Below, piece by piece: positions 23,123 through 30,432 of a stretch of DNA of 64,000 nt; position 1 is the first letter of the stretch; the number at the start of each line of letters is the position of its first letter. This DNA comes from Candidatus Omnitrophota bacterium (GTDB taxonomy: Bacteria; Omnitrophota; Gorgyraeia; Velamenicoccales; JABMQK01): positions 1,304,928 through 1,368,927 of the forward strand of contig JAQTSV010000001.1 of the NCBI GenBank assembly GCA_028711115.1. The letters run 5' to 3'. Below the pieces are notes generated by a model. That model was not told the origin of the DNA. It worked only from the letters and a program-made list of their open reading frames with translations, and did not search any database. The position numbers were made by a program, and so were the translations under genes.

Positions 23123-23500
23123 CTATTTCTGCTGCGATGCTGTTGTAGCTTTTTGCTGCTGCATTTCTTGCTGCCGCTGTGCCTTGCGTTCCTGGAGCAT
23201 TTGCTGGCGATGCCCCATCTTTTCTTCGCTTAAACCGCCTAAACTGCGGAGCTTTTCGCGGTTAGCTTTTATTTTCTCATTTATCGAACGCAGCTGCTCT
23301 TTTAATTTCTCCGCCTGCTTACGCAACGCCTGAATTTCCTTCTGCAATGCCTGAATCTGACGCTCAGTATTCTCCTGCTTTACCACCTTCTGGCCTTTGG
23401 AACTGCTGGCAGACACCGCTGTCTGTTCAGCATTGGCTCTCATGGTAAAAACCAATACCATCAGCAAACCCACAACCACAACTCCTATTTTTCGCATCAT
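23123..23500 (-). CDS. Hypothetical secreted coiled-coil, Q-rich protein (125 aa)
   Basis: A signal peptide (…MRANA-EQ), heptad-like Q/K/E repeats and a strong GGAAGGAGG Shine-Dalgarno. Confidence 0.5.
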   Translation of the reverse strand: MMRKIGVVVVGLLMVLVFTMRANAEQTAVSASSSKGQKVVKQENTERQIQALQKEIQALRKQAEKLKEQLRSINEKIKANREKLRSLGGLSEEKMGHRQQMLQERKAQRQQEMQQQKATTASQQK

Positions 23501-23532
23501 ATCCCCCTCCTTCCTCTATCTGAAGCTGAATT

Positions 23533-23579
23533 ATTCTACTCCAAATAAAAACCCTCTGCAACTTTTAATTTGCAGAGGG
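23533..23579 (-). promoter_or_regulatory. Hairpin-plus-promoter cassette, copy 2
   Basis: Minus strand: CCCTCTGCA-AATTAAAAGT-TGCAGAGGG, TTTTTATTT, with TTGCAG (23561-23556), a 17-nt spacer, then TAGAAT (23538-23533). Confidence 0.6.
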
Positions 23580-23643
23580 CTTAAATATTATTGCGACTTT
23601 TCCGAGGAATAATTCTCGGCTCAAACTCAGAAACGGCTCAGGA

Positions 23644-23817
23644 TTAGTTGCCGCTATTCTTACGCTTGGTAAAACATTCTTTGCAGTAAATCGGACGATC
23701 TCCGCTGGGCTTGAAGGGAACTTCGCATTCCTTCTTGCATTCCGCGCAGATTGCCTTGTGCATTTCTCTCGGCGGCCTGCCGCCAAATCCACCGCCACCA
23801 CCTTGATCAAAACCCAT
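23644..23817 (-). CDS. Small CxxC-x17-CxxC zinc-ribbon protein (57 aa), absent from the ORF track
   Basis: Translation is MGFDQGGGGGFGGRPPREMHKAICAECKKECEVPFKPSGDRPIYCKECFTKRKNSGN. AAGGAGG Shine-Dalgarno 5 nt upstream, and terminator copy 2 follows downstream. Confidence 0.7.
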   Translation of the reverse strand: MGFDQGGGGGFGGRPPREMHKAICAECKKECEVPFKPSGDRPIYCKECFTKRKNSGN

Positions 23818-23891
23818 AACTCCTCCTTGTTCTTTGTATTATTGTACCTCAAATAATAATTTTTCGCAACAATTCTTGTTAAAATTGCGGA

Positions 23892-24833
23892 TTATTTTAA
23901 TTTCTGGGAAATTTCGTAGAGTACTCCGTTGGCTATCTCCGGTTTGGGAAATAAATACTTCCTCGCTGAAATAATAACTTTTGTTTTATTGGCAGATATC
24001 TTTTTGAGTCTGAGAGAGACCGCCGCCGAACTTACATCTGCGCTTAAAGTCCCGCCTGCCTTATCTTCTTTTGTGACTTTGCCTAATTTCTTTACGGCTT
24101 CGGAACTCACCTCATACATTTTCTCAAATGCTACGTTAAAATCTTTTTCCACATAATCTTTTCCCACAAGTGTAGCAGCTATGGCAACAGGCAGAATACC
24201 CGCGCCTGCCAGCATGCTCAGGCCGTAAATTTTTGCGCCCTGAATTCCGGCTGCCTTCATTGGTTCCGACAATATCAGCGCGGCTAAAATCTGCACGCTG
24301 GTTATATTCTTGTAAGTTTTACTGATATTCAGATCGTATACCTGGATAGCCGGCTCTTTTCCGGCGGAATAATCTTTCATCACAATCCTGCCTATACTAA
24401 GTTTTAAAGTATCAATCTGTATGGCTAGTTGCGGCGCAGGTTTTGCTTTATCCTGCTGCTGAACCACCTTTAATGAGTCCACGCTTAACTGTCCTTGCGC
24501 ATTCTTTTCCAGGCCCATTTCCTTTAATTCGATTTCCGCGTTTACCAAGTGTATCTTCTGTTTCAATAAAGCAAATAAATTATATTTAACTTTTATTTTG
24601 GGCAAATCTATGAGTACGCCTCTTGAGAAACCTTTGGGATTGTATATTCTAAAACCTGATATTCTCACGGATTGAGTAAGTATTCCCAATGAAAATCCGT
24701 CGATGTGCACAGGCGCGCCGAGAATATTCGTTGCCACAACCGTGATTGTGGATTTAATAACCTGATCTTTGATAATACCAACAGCAAAAAGGACAACTAA
24801 AACCGTCACAGCTACGATAACAATCTTTTTCAT
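23892..24833 (-). CDS. Hypothetical membrane-anchored protein (313 aa)
   Basis: A single N-terminal TM helix and a beta-rich periplasmic body. Vague AsmA/DUF748-like N-terminus; not assignable. Confidence 0.5.
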   Translation of the reverse strand: MKKIVIVAVTVLVVLFAVGIIKDQVIKSTITVVATNILGAPVHIDGFSLGILTQSVRISGFRIYNPKGFSRGVLIDLPKIKVKYNLFALLKQKIHLVNAEIELKEMGLEKNAQGQLSVDSLKVVQQQDKAKPAPQLAIQIDTLKLSIGRIVMKDYSAGKEPAIQVYDLNISKTYKNITSVQILAALILSEPMKAAGIQGAKIYGLSMLAGAGILPVAIAATLVGKDYVEKDFNVAFEKMYEVSSEAVKKLGKVTKEDKAGGTLSADVSSAAVSLRLKKISANKTKVIISARKYLFPKPEIANGVLYEISQKLK

Positions 24834-24853
24834 AGCCTCACCTCTTTTTGATT

Positions 24854-24900
24854 ATTCTATCCCAAACAAAAACCCTCTGCAACTTTTAATTTGCAAATGA
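24854..24900 (-). promoter_or_regulatory. Hairpin-plus-promoter cassette, copy 3 (hairpin decayed)
   Basis: TTGCAG (24882-24877), a 17-nt spacer, then TAGAAT (24859-24854) are retained. The 5' arm of the hairpin has mutated from CCCTCTGCA to TCATTTGCA. Confidence 0.55.
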
Positions 24901-24914
24901 AAATTTATCTGGCT

Positions 24915-25718
24915 TTAACTTAAACTCTCAGCGCTGTAGCGGGCGATTAAGCCTGTGCGCAGAGCGTTTTGATAAATCCTGGTAAAAAATAAGTACGCTA
25001 AAAATATATATCCTAAGGCAAGGCAGGCAGCCCAGGCAAGCGTAGCCATTGAGGCTTGGCCGCCGGAAACTATTGTTCTCAATCCTTCAAATACATACGA
25101 CGGCGGCAACAGGCGCGAAACAAACTGCATCCAGGCAGGCAGCGTGGAAATGGGATACAAAACTCCCACAAACGGCGAGATTAACGCCGGTATCGGCCAG
25201 ATAAACCATTCTGCCGCCGGCCCCAAATGCAGGACCAGTGCGCTTCCAAAAATCCCGATTGATATTCCAAAAAGAAAAAGAACCAGAATAAACGGAAATA
25301 CCGTCAATCCATATACCAAAATCGATAATTTAAAAAATAACCCCACAATCAAAAGCATAACCGTCAATCCAATCGTGCTTGTGGCGATGCTTGAAAAAAT
25401 CAACCCCGATACGTATTCCGATATCAAAATCGGCGTGGCAAAAATGTTTAAGAAATTTCGCGACCAGACATCTTCGAAAAACGCCATAGTCACGCCCTGC
25501 ATAATGCGGATAAAAAAATCCCACAAAAGAACAGCCCCCAGAAGCGCCGTGACAAAATTAAATCCCGAGGGAACAAAACTGTTCAGATATTTTGTAAGAA
25601 ACCCCCATAAAACCATATCCACCGCTGCCCAGACAAATAAAGGGAATAACCGCGAGAAGCTTCCGCGGATAAGGTAGAATTGGCGCAGCACAATCGCAAA
25701 TATGCGATAAATTGACAT
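24915..25718 (-). CDS. ABC-2 type transporter permease
   Basis: A six-TM ABC-2 family profile, downstream of the ATPase gene. Confidence 0.8.
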   Translation of the reverse strand: MSIYRIFAIVLRQFYLIRGSFSRLFPLFVWAAVDMVLWGFLTKYLNSFVPSGFNFVTALLGAVLLWDFFIRIMQGVTMAFFEDVWSRNFLNIFATPILISEYVSGLIFSSIATSTIGLTVMLLIVGLFFKLSILVYGLTVFPFILVLFLFGISIGIFGSALVLHLGPAAEWFIWPIPALISPFVGVLYPISTLPAWMQFVSRLLPPSYVFEGLRTIVSGGQASMATLAWAACLALGYIFLAYLFFTRIYQNALRTGLIARYSAESLS

Positions 25719-25721
25719 AAT

Positions 25722-26462
25722 TTATTCTCTCCCCAAAGTAAGCGGTTCACGCGCAACTGTAATAAAAAGCTCTTCCAGTGTTTTTTTGCCGTGTTGCTGC
25801 GGCAGCGCTTTAGGATTTCCTTCCAACAAAATTTTCCCGTGTGAAAGAAATAACACACGGTCGCAGACTTCTTCGACTTCGTACATATTGTGCGACGTCC
25901 AGAGCACTCCGCCCTCGCCCTGCGTGGCGAAGTTGCGGATTTTGGCGCGGATTTCGCGCGCAGTAGCCGGATCTAAAGATGCTGTGGGCTCGTCGAGCAG
26001 AAGAAGGTGCGGGCTGTTGAGCATTGCCTTGGCAAGGCCGACGCGCGTCTGTTCTCCCGAAGAAAGCACGCCGCACTTTTTATCCCGGAAATTCTCCAGG
26101 TCAAATTGTTTAAGAAGCTCGTCTATGCGCTGAGGGAGGTTTTTAACTCCATACAGGCGTCCGAAGATGTTTAAATTCTGAGATACGGTTAAATTTCCCG
26201 GTAAAGGCGTATACACCGCAGAGAAATTCGCGCGCAACATCGCCTCAGAGCGCCGCGTTGCAATATTCAAACCTTCGATATGAATTGAGCCTGCGTTCGG
26301 CTCCAGAACGCCTAAAACCATATTGATTGTTGTGGTTTTTCCGGCGCCGTTCGGGCCTAATAGCCCCACAATCTCATTGCGATTTACTTCAAAAGAAATA
26401 TTGTCTACGGCAGTAAGTTTAGCGTATGCCTTGCGTAGCGCTGTGACTGAAAGTATGTTCAT
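25722..26462 (-). CDS. ABC transporter ATP-binding protein
   Basis: Walker A GPNGAGKTT, signature LSSGEQ and Walker B LLLLDEP. Confidence 0.92.
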   Translation of the reverse strand: MNILSVTALRKAYAKLTAVDNISFEVNRNEIVGLLGPNGAGKTTTINMVLGVLEPNAGSIHIEGLNIATRRSEAMLRANFSAVYTPLPGNLTVSQNLNIFGRLYGVKNLPQRIDELLKQFDLENFRDKKCGVLSSGEQTRVGLAKAMLNSPHLLLLDEPTASLDPATAREIRAKIRNFATQGEGGVLWTSHNMYEVEEVCDRVLFLSHGKILLEGNPKALPQQHGKKTLEELFITVAREPLTLGRE

Positions 26463-26878
26463 GTTTTGAATTTAGTGAGCAAATGAAGAATTTCCCGCAC
26501 ACCCTGTTTCATCTGGTCCATATCAGCATGGAGTTGCTTGTTAATAATTCTTTCTACTGCTGCCTGTGTAGCAGTAAGTTTGATAACCTCTTCCTGTTCT
26601 TTCATGCGTTCAGCTGTCTCCTTTTTTAACTCCAGCCATCTGCGCCAAGAAAAAACAGCAAGGCCGATACTTAAAGTCAAAAGTAAGGTGATAATCTCAT
26701 CTAGATAAATTATTCTGCGGGGATGTTTCTCGAGAAACCTTACAATAAAAACAAATACATCGAAGAAATAAGAAAGGATAAATACACACACGGAAACAAC
26801 AGCAATTATGACCAAATCTTTGGATGAGTTTGCAAGCTGGGATTTGGTATTCTTTTTGATTTCCTGCGTATCAGCCAT
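26459..26878 (-). CDS. Hypothetical two-TM membrane protein with a cytoplasmic coiled coil (139 aa)
   Basis: Two TM helices then FSWRRWLELKKE and a coiled coil, resembling the membrane stub of sensor proteins. It overlaps the ABC ATPase gene by 4 nt. Confidence 0.5.
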   Translation of the reverse strand: MADTQEIKKNTKSQLANSSKDLVIIAVVSVCVFILSYFFDVFVFIVRFLEKHPRRIIYLDEIITLLLTLSIGLAVFSWRRWLELKKETAERMKEQEEVIKLTATQAAVERIINKQLHADMDQMKQGVREILHLLTKFKT

Positions 26879-27081
26879 TTTTAGCTCCTCTTATTCTAAT
26901 TCTGTTTATAGGACTGTTTCTGATTTTATTTGAAAACTTATCCCTTTCCTTATAACGCTCAACTCTGAGTTTGTCAACCATAAATTCCCGATAACAAAAA
27001 ACCCTTCGGGAAATTGCAGGCAATACACACCTACGGGTATATAGGCAAAAACCTGGAATATCTATCATATAAAGAATTAAT

Positions 27082-27109
27082 TTGACTGTAATCCGATTTA
27101 ATGTAAAAT
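27082..27109 (+). promoter_or_regulatory. Sigma70-like promoter for tRNA-Asn
   Basis: TTGACT (27082-27087), a 16-nt spacer, then TAAAAT (27104-27109). The tRNA starts 13 nt later. Confidence 0.55.
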
Positions 27110-27121
27110 AATTCATACAAT

Positions 27122-27197
27122 TCCCCCGTAGCTCAGCTGGTAGAGCGAGTGGCTGTTAACCACCAGGTCCGAGGTTCGAGTCCTCGCGGGGGAGCCA
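27122..27197 (+). tRNA. tRNA-Asn (anticodon GTT), CCA encoded
   Basis: TCCCCCGTAGCTCAGCTGGTAGAGCG...GGCTGTTAACC...GGTTCGAGTCCTCGCGGGGGAGCCA. Confidence 0.92.
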
Positions 27198-27204
27198 AAT
27201 TTAA

Positions 27205-27237
27205 TAAAAAACCCCAAATTTTTTCTTGGGGTTTTTT
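27205..27237. terminator. Bidirectional intrinsic terminator between tRNA-Asn and recR
   Basis: AAAAAACCCCAA-loop-TTGGGGTTTTTT. The A-run and T-run flank the stem on both sides. Confidence 0.75.
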
Positions 27238-27253
27238 ATTTTCTTAGATTATT

Positions 27254-27853
27254 TTAAATTTCGCGGCGGGATTCCAGGGCACGCGCTAAAGTCAAAGAAT
27301 CGGAATATTCGATATTAGAGCCGACGGGGATTCCGAAACCAATGCGGCTGACTTTAACGCCTGACGGCTTGATTAGCTTTGTTAAGTACAGGGCAGTTGT
27401 TTCTCCCTCTGTATCAGAATCAGTAGCAATAATTACTTCTTTTATATTATCGTCCTTTATTCTTTTAATTAAGCCATTGATTTTTAAATCAGACGGGGCT
27501 TTACCTTCTAAAGGAGCAATCGCGCCCAAGAGCACATGGTAGACTCCCTTGAAACCGCCGGTCCTCTCGATGACGCCCACATCCTTGGGAGTTTCCACAA
27601 TGCAAAGGACATCTCTTTGTCTTGTAGTGTCGCGGCAAATCGAGCAGATATCGCTTTCGCCCAGATTATTGCAGATGCGGCAGAAATGAATGTGCGATTT
27701 CAATTTCAGGATATCCTGCGACAATAAATTTATTTCCTCCTGAGATGCCTCCAAAAGATAAAACACAATCCTCTCGGCGCTCCTCCTGCCTATGCCGGGG
27801 AATTTTATGAGCCGCTCAAATAAATTTTCTATGACAGCCGGATAACCAGCCAT
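27254..27853 (-). CDS. recR: Recombination protein RecR
   Basis: HhH domain, Cys4 zinc finger (CRICNN...CSIC) and Toprim domain. Confidence 0.95.
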   Translation of the reverse strand: MAGYPAVIENLFERLIKFPGIGRRSAERIVFYLLEASQEEINLLSQDILKLKSHIHFCRICNNLGESDICSICRDTTRQRDVLCIVETPKDVGVIERTGGFKGVYHVLLGAIAPLEGKAPSDLKINGLIKRIKDDNIKEVIIATDSDTEGETTALYLTKLIKPSGVKVSRIGFGIPVGSNIEYSDSLTLARALESRREI

Positions 27854-27855
27854 TT

Positions 27856-29571
27856 TTAATCCTTCCTGAATAATCTTCCGTTAAATGTATTTAAAACAGA
27901 TTTTACGAATTCGCTGTCCTGATTATTCTGCGCATCCTTGATATCCTGCTTGCCTAAATTGTCTATGTCTTCGAAAAGTTCGAATTTTAAGCTAAGCATG
28001 GTATTAAATAAATCATTTATTCTGTCTACGATAATCTTCTGATTGTGCCTCTGCTCAACTGCCTCTTTATAAAAAACCGCTCTTTTGGCAAAACCAATAG
28101 TTAACACGCCGTTCTCCAACCTTAAAGGCCTGGAATCCTTAAGATAGGTAGCCACGGACATTTTTTTCTCCGAGACAGCGTCTATTACCTGCGGCCAGAC
28201 ATTAATCATCTTATCAAAATCGATGTGCGGCGCGGGTTTATCTGCCGCTTTATCTTCTTCTTTCGTGCTTACCGTGGAATTATCTTTATTTTTATCTGTA
28301 AGCGGCTCTTTATCGGGTTCTTTGGCGTTATCTGTTTTGGGATTAGCTACCGGTTTGGTTAATTCCTGTTTGGTTGCTCCGGAAAATAAAGAACCCACAT
28401 TATTTAATTTTATTTTACTGGCGACTATCTTGGCGCCTGAACTTACAATAGACTCTCTGGCTACAGGCTTTTCCTCGGATTCCTTGCAGGTCAGTTTTAT
28501 CACCATAACCTCCAAAGGTATCCTGAAAGAATTTATCTTCTTGGCCATCTCCTGTGTATTTACCACTGCCGTAAACATATTAATCACTTCCTGCAAGGAC
28601 AGCTTTTTGGCCTGCTCGATAACTTTTTCCGTGATATTCTGCGGCAGATCCAACAGCTCCTCTAAATTATCCGCTTTCATTATTTTTGATACCATAATAT
28701 TCCTTAAATGCCACATTAATCCCGTTAAAAACTTTGATATGTTTTTGCCGCGCGTAAATAGTTTAGCGATGAAATCAATGCAGAATTGCGTATCTTTATT
28801 TTTAAGCGCATCCACAAATTCAAAGAACGCATCCTGCTCGATAAGCCCCATTACGGCTATAACGTCGCCGGGCTTTATCTCATTCTTGGAAAAAGAAACC
28901 AGCTGGTCCAGTACGGATTCTGCGTCGCGCATACTTCCGTCGGAAATGTTGGCGATATCGAAAAATACGTCTTTATTTATGGAGATACCTTCTGACTTGC
29001 TGATTTCGTCCAGCTTGGCAATAATCTTCAATATAGGAATGCGGTTGAATTCAAACCTCTGGCAGCGCGAAAGTATCGTGGGTAAAATCTTGGCTGGCTG
29101 AGTGGTGGCAAAGATAAATTTGACGTGCTCCGGAGGCTCCTCCAAAGTCTTAAGCAGGGCGTTGAATGCCTCCTGCGTCAGCATATGCACTTCGTCGATA
29201 ATATAAATTTTATATTTACCCGATACCGGGGAAAATTTTACGTTTTCGCGCAATGTCCTTATTTCGTCGATACCCCTGTTTGATGCGCCGTCGATTTCAA
29301 TTACATCCAGGCTTCTTCCTTCTGAAATTTCACGGCAGGCGCTGCATTCACCGCAAGGGGTTACGGTCGGCGCATCTTTACAATTCAAGGATTTGGCTAA
29401 TATGCGCGCACAGGAAGTCTTACCTACTCCGCGCGGGCCGACAAACAGATAGGCGTGAGCCAGTTTGCCGCTGAGGATGGAATTTTTCAGGGTTTGCGTA
29501 ATGTGTTCCTGACCGATTACATCATCGAATTTCTGCGGACGCCATCTTCTTGCAAGGACAATATAAGACAT
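27856..29571 (-). CDS. dnaX: DNA polymerase III subunit gamma/tau
   Basis: Walker A GPRGVGKTS, zinc module CGECSAC, SRC motif and a tau C-terminal region. No ybaB lies between dnaX and recR. Confidence 0.95.
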   Translation of the reverse strand: MSYIVLARRWRPQKFDDVIGQEHITQTLKNSILSGKLAHAYLFVGPRGVGKTSCARILAKSLNCKDAPTVTPCGECSACREISEGRSLDVIEIDGASNRGIDEIRTLRENVKFSPVSGKYKIYIIDEVHMLTQEAFNALLKTLEEPPEHVKFIFATTQPAKILPTILSRCQRFEFNRIPILKIIAKLDEISKSEGISINKDVFFDIANISDGSMRDAESVLDQLVSFSKNEIKPGDVIAVMGLIEQDAFFEFVDALKNKDTQFCIDFIAKLFTRGKNISKFLTGLMWHLRNIMVSKIMKADNLEELLDLPQNITEKVIEQAKKLSLQEVINMFTAVVNTQEMAKKINSFRIPLEVMVIKLTCKESEEKPVARESIVSSGAKIVASKIKLNNVGSLFSGATKQELTKPVANPKTDNAKEPDKEPLTDKNKDNSTVSTKEEDKAADKPAPHIDFDKMINVWPQVIDAVSEKKMSVATYLKDSRPLRLENGVLTIGFAKRAVFYKEAVEQRHNQKIIVDRINDLFNTMLSLKFELFEDIDNLGKQDIKDAQNNQDSEFVKSVLNTFNGRLFRKD

Positions 29572-29618
29572 AAAGAATCTCTATGATAATTAACTTAAGA
29601 TAAATTGTTCATTTGTTG

Positions 29619-29742
29619 TGGCGCCGAATTACATTAATTCGGCATCCGCCATTGAATTTATTAATGAAATTCTTAAGGTTACGGCGCTGGGCTACGCTAG
29701 CCCAGCATCCGTTAAAACTTTCATTAATGAAAGTTTTAACGG
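29619..29742 (-). repeat. tRNA-trailer hairpin array R1 (four REP-like hairpins, 3' of tRNA-Ser GCT)
   Basis: Four hairpins are present. (1) GCGCCGAATTA-CAT-TAATTCGGCATCCGC. (2) A degenerate CCGCCATTGAATT..AATGAAATTC unit. (3) GCTGGGCTA-CGC-TAGCCCAGC. (4) CCGTTAAAACTTTCATTAATGAAAGTTTTAACGG, which overlaps the tRNA 3' end. Confidence 0.8.
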
Positions 29743-29828
29743 AGAGGTCGGGATTCGAACCCGAGAGTCCAGTTGCCCAGACTAACTGCTTAGCAGGCAG
29801 CTGCTATCAGCCACTCAGCCACCTCTCC
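29740..29828 (-). tRNA. tRNA-Ser (anticodon GCT), no encoded CCA
   Basis: GGAGAGGTGGCTGAGTGGCTGATAGCAGCTGCCTGCTAAGCAGT..., a long variable arm, then GGGTTCGAATCCCGACCTCTCCG. Confidence 0.9.
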
Positions 29829-29850
29829 AAAATTTACTGAGTGATTTTTG

Positions 29851-29890
29851 GATCTCGAGTCCCGCCACTTATCTTGGCGGACGAAAGATC
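29851..29890 (-). repeat. Solo CCGCCA/TGGCGG hairpin between tadA and tRNA-Ser(GCT)
   Basis: GTCCCGCCA-CTTATCT-TGGCGGAC (29859-29882) nested in a GATCT...AGATC outer stem. The stem family is the same as hairpin B of the tRNA 5' cassettes. Confidence 0.7.
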
Positions 29891-29901
29891 TTAAACGCGA
29901 A

Positions 29902-30381
29902 TTAATTATGGGTAGCTACCTTCTGCCGTTTTCTCAGAAAAAACTCTTTTATCAACAAAGAACACTCTTTTTCCAAAACGCCTGTTTTTACCTGCAGGCG
30001 ATGATTAAGTTTTTTATTATTTATCAAATTTATAACAGAACCACAGGCGCCGGTTTTAGGATCAACTGCGCCGTATACAATCTTTTTTATGCGGGAGAGC
30101 ACCAATGCGCCCGCACACATACTACACGGCTCAATTGTAACATAAATTGTACAGTCTAACAACCATTTATTACGTAAAAAGTTGCAGGCCTCTGTCAAAA
30201 CTAACATCTCTGCGTGCGCCGTGGGATCTTTAAGCATCTCTACCTGATTATACGCCCTGGCAATGATTTTATTTTTATGCACAACCACTGCCCCGACGGG
30301 AACTTCATCCAGGCTAAATGCCTTTTGGGCCTCTCTCATCGCTTCCTTCATGAAAAATGAATCGTTTTTGAGTCCTAGCAT
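29902..30381 (-). CDS. tadA: tRNA-specific adenosine deaminase TadA
   Basis: HAEMLVL and PCSMCAGAL zinc motifs; 159 aa. Confidence 0.9.
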   Translation of the reverse strand: MLGLKNDSFFMKEAMREAQKAFSLDEVPVGAVVVHKNKIIARAYNQVEMLKDPTAHAEMLVLTEACNFLRNKWLLDCTIYVTIEPCSMCAGALVLSRIKKIVYGAVDPKTGACGSVINLINNKKLNHRLQVKTGVLEKECSLLIKEFFLRKRQKVATHN

Positions 30382-30432
30382 TGCATATTTACCTTATCTA
30401 AACTTATTTTTTGTCTGTTTCTAAATTAAAAA

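Noticed and set aside
23565-23852. A 95-aa minus-strand ORF from the track.
   Set aside because: It overlaps, in a different frame, the 57-aa Zn-ribbon ORF, which has a strong Shine-Dalgarno and a recognisable Cys pattern. It also runs through the terminator hairpin, and its R/A-rich sequence looks like an out-of-frame artefact.
26871-27116. An 81-aa minus-strand ORF in the gap upstream of the membrane-stub/ABC operon.
   Set aside because: It has no Shine-Dalgarno and no recognisable domain. It overlaps the tRNA-Asn promoter region, and its composition is typical of AT-rich intergenic DNA. It is more likely the promoter and leader region of the ABC operon.
28223-29101. A 292-aa plus-strand ORF antisense to dnaX. 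Similar long antisense ORFs occur at 15424-15888, 17842-18327, 25144-25677, 42966-43601, 59257-59757 and 62579-73.
   Set aside because: Each lies entirely inside, and opposite to, a gene with unambiguous conserved motifs (dnaX, ftsK, pnp, ABC-2 permease, radical SAM, transketolase, hisG). Their translations are low-complexity S/L/F-rich, and none has a Shine-Dalgarno. This is typical of shadow ORFs.
29572-29740. A search for an SRP RNA (ffs) upstream of dnaX, where it often lies in other bacteria.
   Set aside because: The region is fully accounted for by the REP-like hairpin array and tRNA-Ser(GCT). I could not find the conserved SRP domain IV motifs in it. An Infernal scan would settle the question.
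29613-29840. Plus-strand ORFs spanning tRNA genes and hairpin repeats: 29613-29840, 33013-33246 and 34588-34875, plus the minus-strand ORF 34729-34923.
   Set aside because: They are composed of tRNA genes read on the wrong strand plus palindromic repeat DNA. No coding signal is present.
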